A stretch of 62,121 nt of DNA, filler included, from Actinobacteria bacterium UBA7524 (GTDB taxonomy: Bacteria; Actinomycetota; Coriobacteriia; Anaerosomatales; UBA912), in NCBI GenBank assembly GCA_002478275.1. It is 8 parts of 8 records of this genome, joined end to end, with 100 filler letters (N's around TTAATTAATTAA, not from the genome) between each part and the next. Parts side by side here need not be neighbours in the genome. Positions count along the whole stretch, not along the records: positions 42,226 to 54,113 come from DLMY01000045.1; positions 54,214 to 58,102 come from DLMY01000047.1; positions 58,203 to 62,121 come from DLMY01000060.1; 5 more parts are not named here. One strand, given 5' to 3'. Made by a program: the position numbers and the translations under genes. The stretch's first letter is position 1; every line of letters begins with the position of its first letter. Below the pieces are notes generated by a model that had not been told where the DNA came from, made no database searches, and worked only from the letters and a program-made list of their open reading frames with translations. This document shows positions 50,051 to 60,577 of this stretch, one piece after another.

Positions 50051-50299
50051 GGCTAACGTTCTTGGGCGTAACCCGCAACGCCGACGCCCGGCTTCCTGCC
50101 CGAGTCTACCTCACACNNNNNNNNNNNNNNNNNNNNNNNNNNNNNNNNNNNNNNNNNNNNNNNNNNNNNNNNNNNNNNNNNNNNNNNNNNNNNNNNNNNN
50201 NNNNNNNNNNNNNNNNNNNNNNNNNNNNNNNNNNNNNNNNNNNNNNNNNNNNNNNNNNNNNNNNNNNNNNNNNNNNNCGGGTTGACGCCCGGGTTAGAC
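50051..50299 (-). repeat. attC site spanning an N gap
   Basis: GGCTAAC..GGGCGTAACCCG ... CGGGTTGACGCCC GG GTTAGAC arms are complementary. Confidence 0.8.
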
Positions 50300-50384
50300 G
50301 TGACCCGATGTGCCATCGCGACCCGAGTATCCCAAGTCCGCCGCGCGCTCTCCATAGAGCAGTACTTCCGCCGGAATCGACCTC

Positions 50385-50430
50385 TTGACCACAGCCAAAC
50401 CTGCCCTAGTATGGTACTCATCATAGGTTT
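50385..50430 (+). promoter_or_regulatory. MTase promoter with inverted-repeat operator
   Basis: TTGACC then TAGTAT/TATGGT; AAACCT..AGTA-TGG-TACT..AGGTTT. Confidence 0.5.
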
Positions 50431-50447
50431 CGGAGGGGAATGTGCGC

Positions 50448-51881
50448 ATGAGTACCCAGATAGGCGTCCGTGAAGCCGCAGAACTCTTGGGAATCAGTCA
50501 GCAGAGAGTGCGGACGCTCTGTCGGTTAGGGACTCTGCCGGCCAAGATGGTCGGGAACGCCTGGGTCGTCGAGCGTGAAGCCGTGGATCTCTACGGACTC
50601 CAGACCGCGCATATGGTCGCCGAAGACCACCCTACGTATCAACCGGTCAGCTCCGCCCAGAGGAGGCCTATCGCGCTCAGCTTCTTCAGCGGGGCGATGG
50701 GCTTGGATTTGGGCATCGAGAAGACAGGGTTCCGTGTCCTGCTGGCGTGCGAGGTCGACAAGTACTGCAGGCAGACCATAGCCATCAACCGCCCAGCGAC
50801 CGCGCTGCTCAGCGACATCAGCACATACTCGAAGGGTGACGTCCTGGAGGCCGCAGGGCTCACCGAGGATGACGACATCGACCTGGTCATTGGTGGACCC
50901 CCTTGTCAGGCGTTCAGCACTGCCGGCAAGAGGAAGGCTTTCAACGACGACAGGGGGAACGTCTTCCTTGACTACATCGAACTAGCCCTGCAGCTTCGAC
51001 CCAAGTTCATCGTTATTGAGAACGTTCGGGGACTGCTGTCTTGCCCCTTGGATCACAGACCTCATGATCAGCGCGGTTCCGAGTTCCCAGACCTGACTGC
51101 TGACGAACTGAAGGGCGGCGCGCTGAACTTCATTCTCTCGAAGCTCCGGAACTCCGGGTACGGCTACTCCTTCAATCTGTATAACTCGGCCAACTTCGGG
51201 ACTCCCCAGATCAGAGAGCGCGTCATCATCGTTTGTGCTCGGGATGGCCAAGCACCACCGTTCCTGACTCCGACGCACTCTGAGAACGGAGAGTACGGAC
51301 TACTCAGGTGGCGTACTTTCAGGCAAGCGACTGCGGGACTGACGGATCACCAACACCTGACCTTCCCGGAGAAGCGGCTGAAGTATTATCGAATGCTCAA
51401 GCCCGGCCAGAACTGGAGGGCTCTTCCTAGAGAGTTGCAGAGAGAAGCTTTGGGCAATTCCTTCTATGCTGGCGGCGGCAAGACCGGCTTCCTGAGAAGG
51501 CTCGACTGGGACAAGCCCGCTCCCACGTTGGTGACCCACCCGGCGATGCCGGCGACCGACCTCGCCCATCCCGAGGAGGACAGACCTCTGTCTTTGCAGG
51601 AGTACAAGAGACTTCAGGAATTCCCTGACGACTGGCAGCTTGCCGGGCCCATGATTCAGCAGTACAAGCAGATTGGAAACGCTGTTCCGTGCAGCCTAGG
51701 ACAAGCCGTCGGCCGCCTGGTTATCGAGCTGATCAACGGGGAGACGCCCCAGGACTACCCGGGCTTCCCGTACTCCCGGTACAAGAACACCGCCAACACC
51801 GATTGGGAGAGAGAGTTCGCCCAGGCCCTCAGCAGATCTGTCGTGCCATCTCCGACTCAAGAGGAGCTGGCTCTCACCTAG
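50448..51881 (+). CDS. DNA (cytosine-5) methyltransferase with N-terminal HTH
   Basis: FFSGAMGLDLG, GGPPCQAFS, ENVRGL, PQIRER, QEFPDDW, QIGNAVP; N-terminal EAAELLGISQQRVR. Confidence 0.95.
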   Translation: MSTQIGVREAAELLGISQQRVRTLCRLGTLPAKMVGNAWVVEREAVDLYGLQTAHMVAEDHPTYQPVSSAQRRPIALSFFSGAMGLDLGIEKTGFRVLLACEVDKYCRQTIAINRPATALLSDISTYSKGDVLEAAGLTEDDDIDLVIGGPPCQAFSTAGKRKAFNDDRGNVFLDYIELALQLRPKFIVIENVRGLLSCPLDHRPHDQRGSEFPDLTADELKGGALNFILSKLRNSGYGYSFNLYNSANFGTPQIRERVIIVCARDGQAPPFLTPTHSENGEYGLLRWRTFRQATAGLTDHQHLTFPEKRLKYYRMLKPGQNWRALPRELQREALGNSFYAGGGKTGFLRRLDWDKPAPTLVTHPAMPATDLAHPEEDRPLSLQEYKRLQEFPDDWQLAGPMIQQYKQIGNAVPCSLGQAVGRLVIELINGETPQDYPGFPYSRYKNTANTDWEREFAQALSRSVVPSPTQEELALT

Positions 51882-52618
51882 GACGGGCTACCCCAGACGT
51901 TTCCCTCCTCCATGCAGAGACAATCTGGATTCGAAGACACCGTTGCGTTCACGAACGCCACGAAGGACTCCTCTGAGAGATCAGAAGTTCCGCAGATTTC
52001 GTTCAGCTCATCCCACATGTACTGGATTCTGTCGGCCTTGATTCGAAACCACTTCTCGATCACCGTTCCAGCTCTAACCGTGCTACTCGAACTGTTCTCG
52101 GAGTTGCTGCGGTTCTTCACTTGCAGCAACGCGCCGTTCTCATGGACGAAGTCGACAGACTTGACGGTCTCCCCCCAGGCACAGTGCCAACCATGTCCCT
52201 CGAGGTTCACGGCCAGATACTCCTCGAGAATCAACCCCAGGATGTTCTCCGCTGACATTGCGAGTCGGTGAGCGTACGTGATCCTCTCAAGATCCTCATC
52301 GCTCAACCCGTCAAGGCGAGCGGCGATGATCTTCTCAATCACGGGGTCAGCAACGGTTCCGGGGGGATTCGATGCTCTCACTGAGGCACGACCCTCGTAT
52401 CCGCGTTGGTACTTCAGAACCCACTTCTCTATAGCCGCACGGGCACTGTCGCTGGCACCGCCGATGTTTGCGGGGACGCGCTCCGGATCCGCAACAATTG
52501 CTGCGAACACGTAGCGGGCTCCGCCTTGCCAGTCGACACCCGCGATCTCCGCGTACTCCGCGGCGACGGCCGTCGCCCTGCTAGCACCCATGCTCGCAAT
52601 CGCATCCTTGAGCTTCAA
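51878..52618 (-). CDS. Type II restriction endonuclease, SinI-like family
   Basis: MSAENILGLILEEYL, GETVKSVDF, LQVKNRSNSENSSS; convergent with the C5-MTase. Confidence 0.75.
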   Translation of the reverse strand: MKLKDAIASMGASRATAVAAEYAEIAGVDWQGGARYVFAAIVADPERVPANIGGASDSARAAIEKWVLKYQRGYEGRASVRASNPPGTVADPVIEKIIAARLDGLSDEDLERITYAHRLAMSAENILGLILEEYLAVNLEGHGWHCAWGETVKSVDFVHENGALLQVKNRSNSENSSSSTVRAGTVIEKWFRIKADRIQYMWDELNEICGTSDLSEESFVAFVNATVSSNPDCLCMEEGNVWGSPS

Positions 52619-52643
52619 TGTGCCTCCGATCTTGTCTACGTCT

Positions 52644-54113
52644 AGTCACTATGAGATGGCCGGCCCGATTCCGGTGTATACGTGGATCGTCCGCGGGAAT
52701 GAGCCCGCGGCGCCGACAAACGGAGGGACCGNNNNNNNNNNNNNNNNNNNNNNNNNNNNNNNNNNNNNNNNNNNNNNNNNNNNNNNNNNNNNNNNNNNNN
52801 NNNNNNNNNNNNNNNNNNNNNNNNNNNNNNNNNNNNNNNNNNNNNNNNNNNNNNNNNNNNNNNNNNNNNNNNNNNNNNNNNNNNNNNNNNNNNNNNNNNN
52901 NNNNNNNNNNNNNNNNNNNNNNNNNNNNNNNNNNNNNNNNNNNNNNNNNNNNNNNNNNNNNNNNNNNNNNNNNNNCGGCTACTTGGCCGCCACGACCCCC
53001 TCGGCACACAGCTGTGCTACGAGGCCGGACCCACCGGCTACGACACCCACCGGCTCATAAGCGCACTGGGCTTTCCTTGCGAGGTGATCGCTCCTTCGAT
53101 GATCCCGCGCAGGAGCGGGGTACGCGTCAAGACCGACCGCATCGATGCCAGGAACCTCGCACGTCTGCACCGTGCAGGCGAGCTCACGAGCGTCCGCGTC
53201 CCGGGGATCGCCGAGGAGGCCGTGCGCGACCTCATACGCGTGCGCGAGGAGGTCAAGTGCGACCGAAGGATCGCGCGTCAGCGCATCCGCAGCTTCCTGC
53301 TGCGTTATGGCAAGCGCTATACGGGTCCGCGTGACGCATGGTCCAGGCGCTTCGAGACCTGGGCGCGCGCCGTGAAGTTCGACGAACCACACGCGGACGA
53401 GGCGTTCGGGCATCTGCTTGCCGCTTACTTCATGCGCGACGCACAACTCGCCGAGATGGGCAGGCGCATCGAGGAGATCGCGCAGACCGAGCCTTTCGCG
53501 ACGGATGTGCGCCGCCTGAGTGCGTTGCGCGGCATCTCCACTCTCTCTTCGATGACCATCCTCGCCGAGACATGCGACTTCGCTCGATTCGGTGATGCGG
53601 GAAGCTACATGGGGTTCACCGGCCTGACCCCTTGCGAACACTCGAGCGGGGCGAGCCGCCACCAAGGCTCGATCACCAAGACCGGCAACCGTCACGTACG
53701 CCGTGTGCTCGTCGAATCGGCCTGGGCATATCGCCACGCGCCTGCGGTGCGAGGCAAGCTCAAAGAACGGCTCGAAGGGCAACCGCCTGAGGTCGCGGCC
53801 TATTCGTGGGCCGCGCAGGTCAGGCTCAACGGAACATATCGACGTCTCGCCGCTAAGAAGGGTGCGCACACCGCCGTCGTGGCCACCGCCCGTGAACTCT
53901 CGGGCTTCATCTGGGGGCTTATGACCGACAACCTCGGCCCCTGCGCGGTAGTAGACGTCATGCACGCGGGTGGGCGCCACATTCCGGAGAGATCCTCGAT
54001 CACGTTATGCGACGTACGTAAGCGCGCGCCTAGTTGGAGGCAGGCTCCGGTCCGACCGAGATGTGGGGGTGAAATCCCCGGATATCAGCATGGTCGAGCG
54101 CCGAACCCATGTG
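52644..54113 (+). mobile_element. IS1111-type IS110 element, copy 2 (gapped, right end missing)
   Basis: Same left end after ACGTCT; homologous transposase at about 52976-53951 and near-identical NCR. Confidence 0.9.
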
Positions 54114-54213
54114 NNNNNNNNNNNNNNNNNNNNNNNNNNNNNNNNNNNNNNNNNNNNTTAATTAATTAANNNNNNNNNNNNNNNNNNNNNNNNNNNNNNN
54201 NNNNNNNNNNNNN

Positions 54214-57200
54214 AGGCGCTCATCGTCCCGGGTGTCGCTGAAAGATCGGTCTCCTTGACAGCCTGACGTTCCACTGAGACCTCGAGAGCGGGCGTCTCCG
54301 CTCGCTGTTCGTCGAGGTCGCGATGGAATCGTCTCGCGACGAACCGGTTGCCGTTCGCATAGATCAGGTTGCCCGGCACATACTCACGCAGCGCCACACT
54401 GGGCGGTCGCGGCAGCACGAAGTCGACCGCGCCCAGACGCCAGTACGGAATCTCCGCGAAGCCCAGAACGGACCCGACCTCCAGCCCATAACCGGGAAGG
54501 AATCCCTCAGCGGCGAGCATCCCCATCGTGTTGACGTCGTCGTAGCCTTCAGCATCACGCCGCTTGGCGCGGTCAGTACCCTTGAGGCGCTTGACCAGCC
54601 GGTCACAACGCTTGAAGAGCGCATCGTCCTCCGGATCGAGATCGCCTTGCTGCTCGCGCAGAGCGTTCAAACGCCGGATCTGCTCCATGGCCCATGAGAG
54701 ACGTCGTCGGAGTCTCAAGAGAACCGCTGAGAGCTCATCGGCCAACCCGCGCACGCAGCCTTCGAGGTGCTCGTGGGAGACGACATCCTCGTCCGCATCG
54801 GGCCATCCCTGACTGAAGGCTGCCGTCACGTACGCAACGAGATCCTCGCGGTTCGCCTCGATCAGCCGTCGCAACGGGCTCAAGTCGAAAGCCTCGGTGC
54901 GCACTCGCCCGCCCTCGAAGAGATATGAACTCACTTGGTTGGGCAAACAGGCCATAAGTGTCTCAGCGATAGACGCACGCTCTTCGGACGAGCGAAGCGG
55001 GTCACGCACGTACTGGTGCAGACGCGTGATGACGGTTGCGTGCACGTGTTTGGAGACCATCACCTCGTTCGACAGGTTGAAAGACGGCGGATCGACACGT
55101 CCGGCGAGAAGCTTCACAGGATCGGCGAAGTACGCACGGTCGTGTGAGACCGGGCGGCAGTACGTCATATCCACGGCCATCCGATGGCGGCGGCCGGCGC
55201 GCCCGGCGCGCTGCCAATAGTTGGCCGGAAGCGGAGGGACATTGCGCATGAGCACCGCATCGAGCTGGCCGATGTCGACGCCCAGCTCGAGTGTCGGCGT
55301 GCACACCAGTGCGTTCACGGCATCTGAGTCGCCCTTGAACAGGTTCTCGAGACGCTCGCGCTCCACTGCGGGGACCATGGCGGTGTGCTCCTCGGGCCGT
55401 AGCATCGAGTAGCCGGCATCGAGCAACTGCAGGTCGTAGTTGTCCGGATCCTCGGCCACCCACTCGAGCTCTCCATCGCAACGCCATGACGGGCAGGAGA
55501 GCTTCGGTGTGCGCTGGGGATACCGACGCCTGCACGCCTTGCAGCGCCAAACGCCGTGACCGGCACTCACCCGGAGCTTGTCCGCGTCGACCTGGTAGAC
55601 CTCGGTCACATCGGGCAGAGCCTTCCCTTTCGATCCTTTCAGCTGCACTGGCACGATCATGCCTGTCTGCACCAAGGCCGCGAACAGTCCCTCGAGAAAC
55701 GGCTCTATGTCATCCGAAGGCACACCCCATTTGCGGGCCAGCTGCCGAAGTGTCGTATCGCCGCGCTCGCTCAGCCACTGCGTGACGAGCGTCGGCTTCT
55801 CGTTGGCTGCGCGCCGAAGCTTCGTGCCTACAGGCGCCCCGAACTGCGGGAGGTAGCCCTGCTGGATCTCAAGGTCGCCGTCCATCCAGTACTTGGTGAA
55901 GATCTCGCGCTCCGGGTCGAACAGCACGCGCTTGCGGCGCAGGTAGTCGAGCACCGTCGCGACACCGTCGCGCAGATCCTCCGCCGGCATGCCGAGCAGG
56001 TTGGCGTTCTCCTGGATCCAACGCCAGGATGTGTCGAGACCCGCGTACGAGACCTTCAGCCGGCCCCAAGGCTCGAGGCCGATGGATTGTCTTGACGACA
56101 GAGTGATCTCGCGAAGGACCTGTATGCGCAGAAACTTGCGGCGCTCCTGTTCGTGGCGTGTACCGCCGCCCTCACGGCGTGCCACCTGCCAGACCTCCGG
56201 CGCCAACGCCCGCGAAAGCGACTCATCCGCCTCGAGTCTGTCGTCAAGATAGAGCGTGAGGTCACCTATCGATTTCGGCCCCTCCAGGAGACCCTCGTAC
56301 ATCAAGGCGCGAAGACGAAATCGTCTGGCATGGTCCTTCATCCATCCCGCTTGGAACGCAGCGTCCTGGCGGTTGTCGCAGAAGATGAGCAACCGTGGGC
56401 GCTCTGAGTGATGGACCATGTCCTGGGCGAGCACGTGGACGTCGGCCACGTTCACGGCACGGACCGGTTTGGCCGGCTCGCGGTACAACGCGCCGAAGCG
56501 ACGGCCGGTCGCGCCGCACGACAGACAACTCGTGAGCTTCCCGGTGTTGTCCGGGTTCTGCCGAACGGCGAAGAGCTTCACGCTCTCATCGGCGACGCCG
56601 CAGCTCAGGCAGCGTGAGACAGACTCCGGATGTAGCGCCCCGCAGTGACGACACAGGTACACGGCAGCGGTGCGTTCGCCGGCATCAAGGTCCTCGTCGT
56701 CAGCGCCACCGACGACACGGTCGACTAGGACGACACGCACACCGCCCTGGGCCTCTTCGAGGGGCTCCCACACGCTACCGTCGCCGGTCGCATCACCACC
56801 GCCCGGCTTCTTGCCCGTGTAGTCGAAATCCTTGACCGAGGTTGCGAAGTAGTGCTGCCCACAGGTGGTGCACGTGAGAACCGGCAGGTGCGCGACCGCG
56901 TCGCCGCCGCCGGCTTCGATCTCGTCTTCGGCCGCAAGCCAGAGTCTCGGCTCGTCACCTGCCGGGAACGACACCACCGCCCCGCTCACACCGCGCACGA
57001 AACCGTGCACAACCGGTCGAAGCAGCGGTCTTCCTTCGTGTCGTGCGGCCGCACCGAGCGTCAGCCACGCGAGGATCTCAGCCTCTGTCACCGCACGACC
57101 GATCAGCGGCTCGAGCAGCCCCGGAAGGTCACCGAGAGCGCGGGGCTCGCCGAGCAACTCGCTCAGCTGGAACGCGATCTCGTTCTGGGCGAGCTCGCCG

Positions 57201-58102
57201 TTGAGAGCCTCAGGCCACTCCCCACCTGGGAGCACTCGACCGGACAGCCGCCTGTAGACCTCGCCCACGGCTGCCGCGATCTGATCCTCGGGCGCCTCCA
57301 CAGCGGCGACACACGCGTCCAGCAGCGCGCCGGTATCCTCGGCCGGGATGGCGGGGACGAAGCGCGCGGCCGACCATGCGGCGGACTCGTACGCCTCACC
57401 GACCGTCGCCACATCTTCTGCCGCCACGCCGAAGAAGCGCGAAGCGAACGTGCGGGCAGCGTCCGGTTCATTCTCGTCCACGATGGTCGCAGAAGTCGCC
57501 ACGCAGACCGTCTCCTGCGCGCCCTTGCCACAGAACGCCCGCAGGCGCCGGATGAGGCAGGCGGTCTCGGCGCCCTGCGCACCCGTGAACGTGTGCGCCT
57601 CATCGAAGACCAGGAAGTCCAGGCGCGCATCGGCGAAGAGCTCAACATCCTTCTGGCGCGTGAGCAGAAGCTCGAGCTGCTTGGTGTTCGTGAGAAGGAT
57701 GCGGGGCTGGCTGCCGGGCGTGCGCATGGCTTCGCGAGAGCAGGCCTCTTCGGCGGGAAGGACCGTCTCAGCCGACCCGCGTTCCCGCAGTTCCGCGACC
57801 TTGGCCTCATACTGCGCGCGCGAAGATCCGGGCGGAAGACGCACGCCGACGACCTCGCTCTCCTGCTCAGGCGTCTTGCCCACGTACATGCCGAACGTGA
57901 TGTCGGTGCCGACTAGCAGAGAGCGCAGGCGCATGAGTTGATCTTCGGCGAGCGCGTTCATCGGGTAGACGATCACAGCGCTGATTCCGGCAGGCGCACC
58001 GGAATCGCGCAGCTCAAGGCACTTCGAGACAATCGGGTACAGGAAGCACTCGGTCTTGCCGGAGCCGGTACCCGTCGAGACGAGCGTGGTCTTGCCCGCC
58101 AT
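54214..58102 (-). CDS. Large DEAD/DEAH-box helicase, DruE/YprA-like (partial at both ends)
   Basis: TGTGSGKTE, YPMNALA, ILLTN, DEAH, TSAT, several CxxC pairs, TPTLELGVDIG, QRAGRAGR, FLPGYG. Confidence 0.85.
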
Positions 58103-58202
58103 NNNNNNNNNNNNNNNNNNNNNNNNNNNNNNNNNNNNNNNNNNNNTTAATTAATTAANNNNNNNNNNNNNNNNNNNNNNNNNNNNNNNNNNNNNNNNNN
58201 NN

Positions 58203-59993
58203 CCGCCGTTGCGCTGGGAGGACCCGCCATCGCGCACCATGATGGTCTTGGTGCCGGTCAGGTCGCTCATGGTCCGGTGCGTCTTGCCCGACGCGCTGGC
58301 GAGGTAGACGATCGCCGAGCAGTTGCCGCCGATGAGCGAGGCCGCTTCCACGCGGCCCTCGGCATACCGCTCCAGTTGTTCGATGCTCTGCACCACCATG
58401 AGGATTCGGATCCCGCGGCTCCGGGCCATCGTGAGCATGGAGACGAACTCCGGGATCTTGGGGATGTTGCCGAACTCCTCGAACAGGATGTTTACCGGCA
58501 CCGGGAGTCGTCCGCCGTGGGCGTTGGCGGCCTTCACGAGCGCCTGGTAGAGCTGCCGCACGTAGATCGTGACCATGACGTTGTAGGCGTCGCGCTCATC
58601 CGGCGTGATGATGAACACCGCCGACTTGCGCAGNNNNNNNNNNNNNNNNNNNNNNNNNNNNNNNNNNNNNNNNNNNNNNNNNNNNNNNNNNNNNNNNNNN
58701 NNNNNNNNNNNNNNNNNNNNNNNNNNNNNNNNNNNNNNNNNNNNNNNNNNNNNNNNNNNNNNNNNNNNNNNNNNNNNNNNNNNNNNNNNNNNNNNNNNNN
58801 NNNNNNNNNNNNNNNNNNNNNNNNNNNNNNNNNNNNNNNNNNNNNNNNNNNNNNNNNNNNNNNNNNNNNNNNNNNNNNNNNNNNNNNNNNNNNNNNNNNN
58901 NNNNNNNNNNNNNNNNNNNNNNNNNNNNNNNNNNNNNNNNNNNNNNNNNNNNNNNNNNNNNNNNNNNNNNNNNNNNNNNNNNNNNNTAGATCGTCTCTTG
59001 CCGGATGCTGTCGGCGCGCACCGCGGTTCGCTCTTTGCCATACGTTCCGAGTGCCCGGTAGACGTTGAACATGTTGCGCGAAAGCGGGTCGACTCCTTTG
59101 GGTTCGCTGGCGATCAGGAGCGCCGTGGCCGCGATGATCGCCTCGGCGCTGGCGTTCCAGAACGCCTCGTTGCCGCCATGCCCGCCGAGCTGTGCCGAGA
59201 CGATCGTCTTGGCGAGCTCGTGCGCCATGTCCTCGGCGTGTGCGATCTCATCAGACCAGATCAGGTCGACTATCAGGTCCAGCGGCGACCACTGGACGGA
59301 CCGCGATGGATCCCGCAGGTCGATGGTGTCGACGCGGTAGCCCTTGGCCTTGAGGTGCTCGCAGGTGGTGAGGTAGAGCTCGCCTTTGGGGTCCGGAATC
59401 ACCATCGACTCGCCGAGTTCGCCGAGCGCGTAGATGCTCGGCAGCACGATCCGGCGCGTCTTACCCGAGCCGGTGGAGCCGATCACGAGCACGTGGCCCT
59501 CTGAGCCCGAGAGGTAGTAGGTCTCCTTGCGACCGCGCGCGGCCGGGATGGCGCCGATCACGAAGCCCGAGACGCCGGGAGCCGGGGTCGTGCCGGGCGA
59601 CCACGTGACTGCGGAGGCCTCGAGCGCCGCGGGGGTCATGAGGTTCGAGGTGCCGTGTTCACCGCGGCCGGCTGTTCGCGGGATGCCAGCGACGACGCCG
59701 GTGCAGTTGGTGCGCGGGCGCATGAGGTGGCCGGAGATCCAGACCCACCAGGCCACGATGGCGGCGATGAGGAGGAGTGAGAGGATGAGCGTCGGCGGGC
59801 TCGTGACGGCGGCCAGCCAGCGGGTCGGTAGGAGGGAGGGCGCCCACGATGTCAGCGGCGCGGTGTGGGCAGAGTGGCTGAGGGCCAGTGAGGCGAGGGC
59901 GGAGAGGGCCAGGGGGATGAGGGCGGTGGCGAAGCACGCCACCACGGTGGAGGACGCGACTCGCCAGATTTCGGCCTTCCGAGCCACGTGCAC
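58203..59993 (-). CDS. VirD4/TraG type IV coupling protein (gapped, partial)
   Basis: N-terminal TMs, GEHGTS, HVLVIGSTGSGKT, DPKGEL, EEFGN, ARSRGI, QSIEQL. Confidence 0.9.
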
Positions 59994-60385
59994 CTCCTGA
60001 CCTCAGCGTCTTGTATTGAGCTGGGGTGGAAGCTAGCACAGGAGGCTGGTGGTCTCGGACTTTGTGGGTGGCAGGAGGTGACAACACGATCTGAAGCTCC
60101 GCCCGCCGCGGGCCGAACGGGCACCAGTCGTCACGTGGTCATCGGAGGATAGGGCGCCTTGGGCGTTGTCTCGCCCATGTGGCATCAGTGTGAAGCCGGT
60201 CGAGTTGACGATGTCTGCAATGGGCTTGGGGCGGAAGACCGCGCACGGCCTTTCGAATATGCTGTAAGACAGACTGCAGGATCATTGTTCGACGGACAGC
60301 AGACAGTACTTGCATCTGGAGGATTGCACCAATCGTGGCGCGGGGGGACACTCGAACTCCGGACGACGAGCAGGGGGAGGGTGCC

Positions 60386-60481
60386 ATGTTGAAGCTGAGT
60401 ATCGCGAAGTACCGCTCGCCAAGTGTTGTGTACGCGACCTGCAAGGGCGGCGGCGGCGGGACGACCTGCGGCCCGGCCTAG
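60386..60481 (+). CDS. Putative RiPP precursor, 31 aa
   Basis: MLKLSIAKYRSPSVVYATCKGGGGGTTCGPA; RBS GGGGGAGGG; upstream of an RRE-radical SAM gene. Confidence 0.7.
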   Translation: MLKLSIAKYRSPSVVYATCKGGGGGTTCGPA

Positions 60482-60500
60482 GTTGTCGTCTTGCGCAGCA

Positions 60501-60539
60501 CGGGGATGCCTCGCGCCTCGCTCGGGCGGGGCATCCCCG
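60501..60539 (+). other. Stem-loop between precursor and maturase
   Basis: CGGGGATGCCTCGC...GCGGGGCATCCCCG. Confidence 0.55.
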
Positions 60540-60577
60540 GCACTGAGGGAAGGCCGTCACACGTCGAGGGGGCAAGC

